Shown here piece by piece: positions 11,101 to 20,257 of a DNA stretch of 32,000 bases. The position numbers and the translations under genes are program-made. Within the stretch, counting starts at the first letter, position 1; each line of letters starts with the position of its first letter. Source of the DNA: Wigglesworthia glossinidia endosymbiont of Glossina brevipalpis (lineage in GTDB: Bacteria > Pseudomonadota > Gammaproteobacteria > Enterobacterales > Enterobacteriaceae); NCBI GenBank assembly GCA_000008885.1, contig BA000021.3, forward strand, positions 300,001-332,000, read 5' to 3'. Below the pieces are notes generated by a model. It worked only from the letters and a program-made list of their open reading frames with translations, had not been told where the DNA came from and ran no database searches.

Positions 11101-11382
11101 GAAAATCCGATTTTTCTTCTAAATAAATCCGGAGGAGCATGGATAAATCATTCTTTTAATAAAGAAAAAAATAAGTTAATTTTAGATGAAAAAACTAAAA
11201 AAAATGCCCGTTCTAAATTAATTTCTGCTTGGCAAGGAAATAAGTTCATAAATGGAGATTCTCAAGACTTTTATATATCTAAAGTTATACCATTTCTAAC
11301 AGAAAATAATATTAATAAAATTATAAATGAATCAAAAAAATATTTTATTTTTCCATTAAAATTCAATAAATTATTAAAATAA
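8131..11382 (+). CDS. recC: Exodeoxyribonuclease V gamma subunit RecC
   Basis: 1083 aa uninterrupted (E. coli RecC is 1122 aa). The N-terminus MIYIYQSNQIDLI...EWLKLNIT...NVEFISLNSFIWKL parallels E. coli MLRVYHSNRLDVL...QWLQMTLS...NIDFPLPASFIWDM. It sits directly upstream of recB. Confidence 0.9.
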   Translation: MIYIYQSNQIDLIQKILSKILKNFPINNPMKKEIIITSSSNISEWLKLNITLNINILANVEFISLNSFIWKLVILTTKNVPFDNFAFRLMLSWYIAQIIPKINKNIKIKNVYKNLNQFQIFYLSYKLSELYNKYLIFKPDWIDLLNFKKKSKKLEDSQYFQLIIWNLLVKKIKKEKDFCISSIYESCIQKIEKSNLIFEDIADRIFIFGIYYIPEIYLKILKTLSKKIDIHLFCINPCCLYWFDIDNRFYISNLIENKIKNKKNFFRKKIKISLLSFWGCLGAKYLKLLNNLNENIENKIFYKPKKDNLLHTIQNDILYNKYYNIIISKKFNKFEKKNLRVLNSKDNSITIHTCKNKYEEINSLYNFIVKITKDNKKICFKDILVMASNIEDYSSYINSIFNNINYKINYFISDIKIYERFNIISAIFNILKLPKFKFSIEQIFYLLEFSSISNKFKMKEDEIKMLKYLVINLGVQWGISNKRFKKCNANFEEKYSWNNIIKKTVSEYYTRINNKVYFKYIYSNDLDEKKINSLIKLENFISKLNYWYDYLSQPHLLYEWNDVIKKIIKNFFDPDKKENYVLDLLKKNWNDIIFQGINTKYKKTIYIETLENILYKRFKKENFFKKNKFNSIHFCNLKLSKIIPSKIICLLGINDGTYPRQDINYNFDSIYKNLKNDDKNIRQEDLYSFLIILLSSKEHLYISFIKNYINEERSKYISIIINELIEYISVSFYIKNCKSYNFLENINNIKKILFKKYNNFYFFRKEKIEIFNKKYFLNNININSDKKIFSKISINEFFLFYSNPIKFWCKKKLKINFSKEHLYKDNEFILKNKFNSYRINIILFEYLIKNKYLNKKDLLKNTIKYFFDGVFEEIIIEKKYYQIIKLINNINKHLLMKKETKKVFFKLDRTIIFGWLPNLQNSGLLRWNPKNLSLQDGFLFWIEHLIYCIIGGKGDSIFLGIESYWHFKNINYKKAKHFFKKLLVGYELGIENPIFLLNKSGGAWINHSFNKEKNKLILDEKTKKNARSKLISAWQGNKFINGDSQDFYISKVIPFLTENNINKIINESKKYFIFPLKFNKLLK

Positions 11383-11418
11383 ATTTTAAAAAATTATAAA
11401 AATTAACAAATTAATTTC

Positions 11419-14400
11419 ATGAAAAAATATAGAAAATTAAATCCTATTTCTTTTCCAATAAAAGGTACATGTTTAATTGAAGCTTCAGCTGGAACTGGAA
11501 AAACATATTCTATAATAATTTTTTATTTAAGATTATTGCTTGGTTTAAACATTAAAAGTTTTCCCCACGGATTAAGTGTTAAAGAAATTTTATTAGTAAC
11601 TTATACAGAATTTGCTAAAAACCAACTAAAAGAAAGAATAAGAAAAGGAATAATACACTTAAAAAGTGCTTGCATAAATAAAGATGAAACTCATCCCTTG
11701 TTTAAGGAAATAAAAAATGTTAAAAAATCTTTAATAAAACTAATTTATGCTGAACATAACATAGATGAAGCATCTATTTTTACTATACATGGATTCTGTC
11801 ATAAAATGTTAAGTGCAAATTTAATTGAATCTAAATTTTTTTTAGATAAAAATACAATAGAAGATGAATCATATTTATATAATCAAATCAGTAAAAATTT
11901 TTGGGAAAAATATTGTTCTAAATTACCAATTTTAATATCTAAAATTATTTTTTCTTACTGGAAGGATTCAGATTTCTTGTTGAAAGATACATTGCCTTTT
12001 ATAAAAGGGGAAAAACCAACAATATTATCTTCAGTAAATAAAAAACAATCAATAAAAAATTTTTATTATTCAAAAATCATTTATATAAACAAAATAAAAA
12101 GAATATGGAAAAAATTAATTATAAAAATGCTTTTAAAAATTGTTTCTAATTTGATGAATGCAAACAAAAAAGAAAAAATTTTAAAATATATTAATATAAT
12201 TGATGCTTGGTCTAATAATAAAACTGAAAATTTTGATGTTCCAATAGAAATAAAAAAAATTAAAAATTTATTAAAAAATCATTACAAAAATTATAAAAAT
12301 ATTTTACAGAATATATTTTTCAATAAAGTTGACGAATCTTACAAATTTTATAAAAAATTAAAAGAATTAATATTTCAAAAATCAATCATAAAGATGAGAG
12401 AATACAAGAAAACAGAAAAAAAAAATCAAGAAAAATTAGATTTCGATGATTTAATAATTTTGTTTAAAACAGAATTGTTTAAATTTAATAAACTATCTAA
12501 AATTATAAGAAATATATACCCAGTGGCTATAATTGATGAATTTCAAGATACAGATTTAATTCAATATAAAATATTTTTTAAAATATATTATAAAAAAAAA
12601 ATGTGTTCTCTTATCTTGATTGGAGATCCAAAACAAGCAATATATGGATTTAGAGGGGCAGATATTTTTACTTATATTAAAATAAAAAATAAAATAAAGA
12701 ACATTTATTCTCTTCAGACAAATTGGAGATCTTCTGTTAGGATGGTAAATGCAGTAAACTTTTTATTTAGCAGGATAAAAAATCCATTTATTTATAAAAA
12801 TATTAATTTTGATAAAGCATTAAGCATAAAAAAAAATAATAATTTAAATTTTTTCATTGAAAATAAATTACAATCCGCCATAGAATTCGTGATGTATCCG
12901 AAAAATAATATTGGATTGCATAACTATCAAAAATATATGGCAGAACAGTATGCAATAAAAATTTATAATATTATTAATTCATCTGATTATAAAAAAACTT
13001 ATTTAGAAAACAAATATAGTCATAAAAATGTAATTATATCTGATATTACTATATTAGTTAGAAATCGCACAGAAGCTAATTTTATGAAAATAGCATGTGA
13101 TAAATTGTCTATTCCTAATATATATTTATCAGATAATAGTAGCGTATTTCATACTTTAGAAGCTAAAGACATAATACAAATATTAAATGCTATATTATTT
13201 CCAGAAAATGAAAATATAGTTAGATGCGCTTTACTTACAAAAATGTTTGGATTAACTAACGTTGAAATACAAAAATTAAACTATAATAAAAAAATTTTTA
13301 AAAAAATTATTTTAGAATTTATTTTATATCGCGATTTATGGGATAAATTTGGAATTATGCAAATGATGAATTATATTTTAGATAATAAAAATTATTTTAC
13401 AATGTTTAATAAATTTAAAAAAGATATAAAATATTTTTCCAACATAATTCATATTGTAGAAATACTTCATGAAACTTCAAAAAAAATTAAAAATAAACAT
13501 GAATTATTAAAATGGTTATATTATCAAATTACATTTAACGATGTTCAAAATGAAAATCATAAAATAAGAGTTTTTGATGAAGACAAAGCGGTAAAAATTA
13601 TGACAATTTTTAAATCAAAAGGTTTACAATTTCCAATTGTATTTTTACCATTTTTGTCAAGTTTTAGAACAAAAAAACATGTTTTATTTCACAGTAAAAA
13701 AAAATATAAATTAATTTTAGATCTAAAAAGTACATTAAAAAATAGAAAATTATCAGATAAAGAAAGATTATCAGAAGATATAAGATTGTTTTATGTTGCA
13801 ATAACAAGAGCTATTTATCATTGTAGCATAGGGATTTGTTCTTTATCTATAGGAAATCAAACTAAATCTGTAATGAGTCATACTCATCGCACATCCATAG
13901 GGTATATAATACAAAAAAGAAAAAAAAGTGATTGGAATACTTTAAAAAAGTATTTAGAAAATATATCATTTTATTCAAAAGGTAATATTTCTGTTAATTT
14001 AAAAAAAAATTTATGCAAAAAAATTTTAAAAACAAATTTTTCATTTTTTAATATAAAAAAAAATATTATTTCCAATAAAAAAGAAGATTACTTTTTTAAA
14101 AGTATAAGCTTTTCTTATATAAAAAAAAATAATTTTAACAAATTAAATTATATTTATGAACATGAAAAAGAAAATAAAGAAAAAATTTATGATTTTAATA
14201 CATCATTTTTGCCAAAAGGAAAAATTTTTGGAAAATTTATTCATAAAATATTTGAAAAATTAAATTTTACAAAAAACATTGATAAAAATATAATTAAAGA
14301 AAATTTGGTTAAATATGAATTTGACTTATCTTTAACAAACGATTTAGCTGAATGGATTAAAAATATTATTAAAAAACCATTAAATGAAGATTTTTTATCT

Positions 14401-14907
14401 CTTTCAAGAATTAAACAAAAAAACAAATTAACAGAATTAAAATTTTATTTATCAATTAACTCTAAAATAAAAGAGAAAGAATTTAATTTTTTAATAAAAA
14501 AATACGATCCGATATCATCTAAATGTTTTTGTTTAAAAAATATTAACAACATTAATGGAATATTAACTGGATCTGTTGATCTTGTTTTTTTGTGGAAAAA
14601 AAAATATTATTTTTTAGATTATAAATCTAATTGGTTAGGAGAAAATAGTAGTTTTTATAATAAAAAAAATATGACATTAGAAATGATTAAACATAGATAT
14701 GATATACAATATCAAATATATTCAGTTGCGATTCATAGATATTTAAAATATAAAATAAAAAAATATGATTATAACAAACACTTTGGCGGAATTTATTATT
14801 TGTTTGTTAGAGGGATAAATAATTTATGCAGAAAAACCAAAAATGGTATTTATTTTATAAAACCTAATTATTCATTAATAAATAAAATCAACAAACATTT
14901 TTTGTAA
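11419..14907 (+). CDS. recB: Exodeoxyribonuclease V beta subunit RecB (helicase-nuclease)
   Basis: 1162 aa, intact. Conserved elements are Walker A EASAGTGKT, IDEFQDTD, GDPKQAIYGFRGADIFTY and TIFKSKGLQFP. The nuclease core is conserved too: GSVDLVFLWKKKYYFLDYKSNWLG...HRYDIQYQIY...HFGGIYYLFVRG. Confidence 0.95.
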   Translation: MKKYRKLNPISFPIKGTCLIEASAGTGKTYSIIIFYLRLLLGLNIKSFPHGLSVKEILLVTYTEFAKNQLKERIRKGIIHLKSACINKDETHPLFKEIKNVKKSLIKLIYAEHNIDEASIFTIHGFCHKMLSANLIESKFFLDKNTIEDESYLYNQISKNFWEKYCSKLPILISKIIFSYWKDSDFLLKDTLPFIKGEKPTILSSVNKKQSIKNFYYSKIIYINKIKRIWKKLIIKMLLKIVSNLMNANKKEKILKYINIIDAWSNNKTENFDVPIEIKKIKNLLKNHYKNYKNILQNIFFNKVDESYKFYKKLKELIFQKSIIKMREYKKTEKKNQEKLDFDDLIILFKTELFKFNKLSKIIRNIYPVAIIDEFQDTDLIQYKIFFKIYYKKKMCSLILIGDPKQAIYGFRGADIFTYIKIKNKIKNIYSLQTNWRSSVRMVNAVNFLFSRIKNPFIYKNINFDKALSIKKNNNLNFFIENKLQSAIEFVMYPKNNIGLHNYQKYMAEQYAIKIYNIINSSDYKKTYLENKYSHKNVIISDITILVRNRTEANFMKIACDKLSIPNIYLSDNSSVFHTLEAKDIIQILNAILFPENENIVRCALLTKMFGLTNVEIQKLNYNKKIFKKIILEFILYRDLWDKFGIMQMMNYILDNKNYFTMFNKFKKDIKYFSNIIHIVEILHETSKKIKNKHELLKWLYYQITFNDVQNENHKIRVFDEDKAVKIMTIFKSKGLQFPIVFLPFLSSFRTKKHVLFHSKKKYKLILDLKSTLKNRKLSDKERLSEDIRLFYVAITRAIYHCSIGICSLSIGNQTKSVMSHTHRTSIGYIIQKRKKSDWNTLKKYLENISFYSKGNISVNLKKNLCKKILKTNFSFFNIKKNIISNKKEDYFFKSISFSYIKKNNFNKLNYIYEHEKENKEKIYDFNTSFLPKGKIFGKFIHKIFEKLNFTKNIDKNIIKENLVKYEFDLSLTNDLAEWIKNIIKKPLNEDFLSLSRIKQKNKLTELKFYLSINSKIKEKEFNFLIKKYDPISSKCFCLKNINNINGILTGSVDLVFLWKKKYYFLDYKSNWLGENSSFYNKKNMTLEMIKHRYDIQYQIYSVAIHRYLKYKIKKYDYNKHFGGIYYLFVRGINNLCRKTKNGIYFIKPNYSLINKINKHFL

Positions 14908-14926
14908 AATTTTTATATTAAATTAA

Positions 14927-16703
14927 AACATATTAAATAATAAGGTAAAAATTATAAAAAACATTCTAATAAAAATAAAAGAAATAGGAATATTTAATTC
15001 TTTAGACGTATATTTAGCATGTACAATACCTAAAAAATACAATCCATGGCTAATGATGTCTATAGCTTATTTAAGCGCAGAATATAGACTTGGAAAGTCT
15101 TTCTTACCTTTGAAAAATCTTTCTTTTAAAAATCTTAATTATAAATTTAATAAATCAATATCAAAATTAATATTGGAAAAATTAGGAAATATAAAAAATA
15201 TTGAAGAAATAGAAAAAAATTTAATCGATTCAAATATAGTAAGTAATGGAGAAAAAAAATTACCATTTGTTTTATTTAAAAAAAATTTTTATTTTTATAA
15301 AGTTTGGATTCAAGAGAAAGCTTTTAAAAAATTTTTAAAAAATTTAACATATAGTCCAATTACATTAGATAACTTTAATATCTTAAAAATTATAAATAAA
15401 AATATATACTCAAACATAAATAATTATAAACAAATTATATTAACAATACTACTTTATAAAGTAGTATGGGTATTTACAGAACATGATTCTACAAAAAATT
15501 ATCTAATAAAAAATATTTTATCAATTTTTTTTAAATTAAAAAAAGAAAACTTTCATATTATGATATGCAGTTCAAATAAAAAATCAATTTATTTTCTGTC
15601 AAAAATATTGAAAGAAATAAAAAATAAGTGTAAAAATAATAATTTTATAATAGAAGTATTATTGCTTAAAGATATATTAAATAATAATAGTAATATAATT
15701 TATTATTATAAATATCCTATAAATTTTGATATAATTATTATATATGATTCTTTCATGATAAATTTATCTATTATGTATGATATTATCTCTCTTTATAATA
15801 AAAGATTGTTTAGAATCATATTCATCGAAAATTATTCTTGTTTAAATAATTTAGAAAAAAATTCCATTCTAATAAGAATGTTTAATTATGGAAAATTTTC
15901 TAAAAGTTTTTCTTTTATAAAAAGAATAAACAAAATAGAAGAAAATATAAAGATATCAAATAAATTAAATTTTACAAATGAATCTAAAATATCAGATTGT
16001 GTTTGTATAACAGAAGAAAATAAAAAAAAATACATACAACATCCTAATATAGATTAGTCTGAAAAATTAATTAAATTAGTAAATTGTAAAAATGTTTTAA
16101 ATTTTTTAAAAAAAATACTTATAACGTAATAAAATATATATAAATTAATAACTTCTTATAATATAAGAAAATAATAGAAAAAAATTATTTATATCATTTA
16201 AAATATTTTTTTAAATTAGAACAAATATAAAAAATAAAAAACATAAATTAAATATTTTGATAAATTATTTTAATATTGTATGTACATCAAAAAATGACAA
16301 GTATATATCTTGTTTTTAAATAAAATTATTGAAAATAAAAGAATATTTATTTATATAACTAAAATAAAAAAATGATAATAAATAAATACTATTATATAGG
16401 AAAATTAGTTCTTTTAGAAAAAGATCATTTGTATTTATAAATATATAAAAGCGATATAGGAATTTTAATAAATAAATTTGGAATAAATTATATTTTTTTT
16501 GTAAAAAAAATAATAAAAGAAAATTATTTTTTAATTTAAAATATATCAGAATTTACGATATATATAAAAAATATTTTAAATTCATTTATTATTTTCAAAA
16601 TTTATTTTTAATTGTTTTTGACAATGAATTGAATTTTATACATCAAGAATTATTAAACAAAATAATTTTAAAGATAAGATGTAAGTTAAAAATTTTTTTG
16701 TAA
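14927..16703 (+). pseudogene. recD: Decayed recD (exodeoxyribonuclease V alpha subunit): motif-dead 5' part plus a frameshifted, stop-containing 3' remnant
   Basis: The largest ORF, 15053..16057, aligns ungapped to the E. coli RecD N-terminal half, but Walker A GGPGTGKT is TEHDSTKN and Walker B DEAS is YDSF. Homology extends upstream of the first ATG (IKEIGIFNSLDVYLACTI) with no canonical start; ATT at 14951 follows AAGG. The 3' remnants are GKLVLLEKDHLYL*IYKSDIGILI (16399-16539, other frame, in-frame TAA at 16438) and QELLNKIILKIRCKLKIFL* (third frame, stop at 16701-16703). The total span is about the length of a full recD. Confidence 0.6.
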
Positions 16704-16866
16704 AAAATTATATAAATAAAATAATAAAAAATAATTATATAAAATAATTTAATTATTAATATTTTAACAAAAATTTTTAAATTTATTTAAAATAATAGTA
16801 TATTATTATAATATAAATTAAATATTTACAAATATATAAAATATAAAATTATAAAAATTTTTAGTT

Positions 16867-18085
16867 ATGATAAAAATAAAAAATATTTTTTATTTAAAAA
16901 TTGTTTTTATTTATTTTTTTTTAATTATAAATTACTCATGCTCTAGTAATATTAAAAATATTAATGATATTTTTATAGAAAATGAAAAATACACAAGCAA
17001 AATAAATTTTATATCTAATGAAAAAATAAATTATAATTATTTTATATTATATGATCCATATAGATTGATTGTAGATTTTAAAAAAACAAATATAAATCTT
17101 GATATAAAAAATGTAAATAAAAAAATAAAATTAAACAGTAATACAATAAAGTTAATAAGATTAGGATATTTTAAAAAAAATATTACTCGTTTAGTTATAG
17201 AATTAAAAAATTATTCTTTTTTTGATATTTTTTATTTAAAAAAAAAATTTATTTTCATTAAGCATAGTAATATATAAAGATAAGTATATATCTAATGATT
17301 ATATAAAAAAAAATATATCAAAATTAATCAATAATATAAACGAAAAAAATAAAAAAAAAGAAAACAAAAAAAAATTATCAAAAAATAAATCTATTATAAC
17401 TATAATGCTTGATCCTGGTCACGGAGGAGAAGATCCTGGAGCTATAGGTCAAAAAAATACGTATGAAAAAAATGTTGTTTTACAAATTGCTAAAAGAATT
17501 TATAATTTAATACAGAAGAAACCATACATGCGCGTTTATATGACTAGAAATAAAGATGTATTTGTTTCTTTGAAAGATAGAATAATTAAAGCTCGTAGAA
17601 AAAAAATAGATATTTTCATTTCTATTCATACTGACTCAGCAAAAAAAAAATTTGTTAAAGGAGCATCAGTATTCTCTATTTCTAGAAAAGAAGCAAATAT
17701 TGTTGCTGAAAAATACTATTCTAATAATTATCATTTTATTGAAAATATAATTGGAATAAAAAAAAGTAATGATGAATACATAGATCATACTATATTTGAT
17801 TTAATTCAAAATTTTTCAATAAATGAAAGCGTAAAATTCGGAAAGCAAATATTAAATTCTCTAGAAAAAATAACTGATTTACACAAAAAAAATATTGGTC
17901 AAGCTGGATTTGCAGTTTTAAAAGCTCCAGAGATTCCATCTATTTTAATAGAAATAGCTTTTATAAGTAATTTGCAAGAAGAGAAAAATTTAAATAACTC
18001 TATCTATCAACAAAAAGTAGCAAAAGCTATTTTTGAAGGGATAGAAAAATATTATTTGTTAAATAAAAAAAAATATAATCATTGA
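16867..18085 (+). pseudogene. amiB: N-acetylmuramoyl-L-alanine amidase AmiB interrupted by a 1-nt frameshift in an A10 tract (pseudogene or slippage-dependent gene)
   Basis: ORF 16867..17277 encodes a signal peptide plus an AMIN-like domain. ORF 17405..18085 encodes the Amidase_3 catalytic domain (LDPGHGGEDPGAIG, FISIHTDS, AVLKAPEIPSILIEIAFISN). The downstream frame is open back to 17240, so the two frames meet at A10 (17238-17247). Removing one A fuses them into a 405-aa protein (E. coli AmiB is 445 aa). Confidence 0.8.
17238..17247 (+). repeat. A10 homopolymer at the amiB frame junction
   Basis: Ten consecutive A residues counted directly. The upstream frame reads L KKK F..., and the downstream frame opens immediately after the TAA at 17237-17239. 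Confidence 0.9.
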
Positions 18086-18193
18086 TATAAAATTAAAATA
18101 AATAAAAATTATAAACTAATTAATTTATATGATATAATTTTTTTTATTTTTTAAAAATATAAATTTTTAAAAAAATTTATTATAGTAAATAAT

Positions 18194-19288
18194 ATGAAAT
18201 TTATTAAATATATTTTAATTTTATCAATTCTATTTATTACAGAAAAAAATTCTTATTCTATTACAATAAATAATGACAACGATAAATTAATAAATTTCCA
18301 TGGAAAGATATTTAGTAAATATACACATCCAGATATAAGCAGCATAAAAAAAAATGTATATTTAACATATGGAATAGATGCTAAATGGAAATTATACGGA
18401 GATACTTTTTTGTTTTGGAAGATAGATTATGATTTTATAAAAAATAAATATCAAAAAAAATTTAAAAAAGATAATAATATTTCTTTAAATATATTAGGTA
18501 TTAATTTAGATCAATATCAGACCATAAAATATGGAAAAGATGATATTATAATAAATAGCATATCTGATTTAAGAAATGGAATTGATACATTTAATAAAAG
18601 TTTTAATTTCGATAATATAATTATTGGAAGTAAACCAAAAAAAGTAATAACTTACTATAATAAGGATTTATATAATTTAATTCCAGGTATTAAACTTGCT
18701 TTTCAAAAAATATTAAAATGGAACAGTACTATTTTAGGCGATGAAATAATTGATAACTTTAATAATATAAAAAATTATTCTAATGGAGCTATGATATCAT
18801 ATTATATTAAAGATAATTACCTGTATTTCATAGCATCATTTTTAAGAAATAACTCTATTTATAATTTAAATATGCATGAAAAAAAATATAATACAAATTT
18901 TTTAGGAATGGGGTTAAAATACGAAAGATTTCCATTTTATTTTTCTTTAATACATGGGAAAAAATGGAACAATTTTAATTTAAATGAAAATGATAAATAT
19001 TTAGAAAAAAATATATTTGATAATTCTACTATAGAATTATTAACATGTTATAATTTTGATAAAAATATTAGACCTTTTTTAGGTTATTCTGTGTATAAAT
19101 CAAAAAAAATATATGATTTAAAATTAATAAAAGATAAAGAAGAAAAAAATATTTTTGCTGGGACATTAATAAAAATAAATAACAATATTGAAACTAATTT
19201 TAGTTATCTAATAAAATTGAAAAATAATAAAATTAATAATATTGATAAATATAATAATTTTTCATTAATAATGACATATAAATTTTAA
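18194..19288 (+). CDS. Outer-membrane general porin (OmpF/OmpC/PhoE family), highly diverged
   Basis: 364 aa with a signal peptide (MKFIKYILILSILFITEKNSYS). The mature N-terminus ...NDKLINFHGKIFSKY resembles OmpF NKVDLYGKAVGLHY. It shows an alternating beta-strand-like pattern and a C-terminal beta-signal ending ...MTYKF (OmpF ends ...VYQF). Confidence 0.55.
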   Translation: MKFIKYILILSILFITEKNSYSITINNDNDKLINFHGKIFSKYTHPDISSIKKNVYLTYGIDAKWKLYGDTFLFWKIDYDFIKNKYQKKFKKDNNISLNILGINLDQYQTIKYGKDDIIINSISDLRNGIDTFNKSFNFDNIIIGSKPKKVITYYNKDLYNLIPGIKLAFQKILKWNSTILGDEIIDNFNNIKNYSNGAMISYYIKDNYLYFIASFLRNNSIYNLNMHEKKYNTNFLGMGLKYERFPFYFSLIHGKKWNNFNLNENDKYLEKNIFDNSTIELLTCYNFDKNIRPFLGYSVYKSKKIYDLKLIKDKEEKNIFAGTLIKINNNIETNFSYLIKLKNNKINNIDKYNNFSLIMTYKF

Positions 19289-19378
19289 TTTTTTAAAAAC
19301 AAAATTTTAAAAAATGTTGTGAAATTATTTTAGAATTTATATCATTATAATACTTTTAATGTATTAAATTTAATTAAT

Positions 19379-20209
19379 ATGAAATTTTCTAAAATGCATA
19401 GTTTAGGAAATGACTTTGTAATAGTAAACAATATTGATAAAAAAAACAATATTTCTCCTATTTTTATTAAAAAATTATCTGATAGATATACAGGAATAGG
19501 ATTTGATCAATTAATTTTAATAGAATTTTTTTGTAAAAAATATTTTTATTTTAAAATAAAAATATTTAACTCTGATTCTTCTGAGTCTTTTCAATGCATA
19601 AATGGAATTAGATGCGTATTTATGTTTTTAAAAATAAAAAAATTAATAAAAAAAAACATAGCATTTATTGGAAATAATTTAGGACTTTCTAAAACTTTGA
19701 TGACAAAAAATAAATTAATTTGTGTAAAAATAAAACCTCCGAGGTTTTATATTGAAAAAGATATACTTGTAAATCCAAAATATAATAATAAAGAAAAAAT
19801 AATATTAAGAATATTTAAAAAAAAAATTACATGCTATTTTGTGTTTGTAGGAAATCCTCATTGTATAATAATAAGTAAAAATATTGAATATAATAATTTT
19901 AGTTTATTATCTAAATATTTATTAAAAAATAATATATTTCCAAATAAAATAAATATCAGCATAATGAATATATTGGATTTTGATCTTATCAAATTAAAAG
20001 TATATGAAAGAGGATCTGGAGAAACACAGTCCTGTGGAAGTGCAGCAGCAGCAGCTGCTGCTGTAGCTATATATTATAAGAAACTTAATAAAAAAATAAA
20101 AGTAAATTTTTCAAGAGGAAATCTTTATGTATATTGGGAGAAAATTGGAAATTTTATGTCTATAATTGGTCCTGCAAATCATATTTATGATGGAAAAATA
20201 AATTTTTAG
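19379..20209 (+). CDS. dapF: Diaminopimelate epimerase
   Basis: 276 aa. MKFSKMHSLGNDFVIV, GIGFDQL and both catalytic Cys contexts are present (QCINGIRC, ETQSCGSAA). GNPHCII, VYERGSGETQ and GPANHIYDG are collinear with E. coli DapF. Confidence 0.95.
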   Translation: MKFSKMHSLGNDFVIVNNIDKKNNISPIFIKKLSDRYTGIGFDQLILIEFFCKKYFYFKIKIFNSDSSESFQCINGIRCVFMFLKIKKLIKKNIAFIGNNLGLSKTLMTKNKLICVKIKPPRFYIEKDILVNPKYNNKEKIILRIFKKKITCYFVFVGNPHCIIISKNIEYNNFSLLSKYLLKNNIFPNKINISIMNILDFDLIKLKVYERGSGETQSCGSAAAAAAAVAIYYKKLNKKIKVNFSRGNLYVYWEKIGNFMSIIGPANHIYDGKINF

Positions 20210-20257
20210 AAATACTTAAAAAAATAAAAATTATCTATTTTATGAAAAGTAAATAAA

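Noticed and set aside
15053-16057. The 334-aa ORF as a functional RecD helicase
   Set aside because: The Walker A and B motifs are destroyed and the C-terminal half is missing from the frame. At most it could be a structural fragment, so it is called a pseudogene with moderate confidence.
16867-17277. The 136-aa ORF as an independent small lipoprotein gene
   Set aside because: It is the signal peptide plus AMIN domain of AmiB. The downstream catalytic ORF's frame runs back to the A10 tract inside it, so both are parts of one interrupted gene.
20042-20063. (CAG)4(CTG)3 block forming an 18-nt perfect palindrome inside dapF
   Set aside because: It encodes the poly-Ala stretch (GSAAAAAAAVA) next to the catalytic Cys region of DapF (E. 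coli CGSGACAAVAVG). It is explained by coding constraint, and there is no evidence of a regulatory role.
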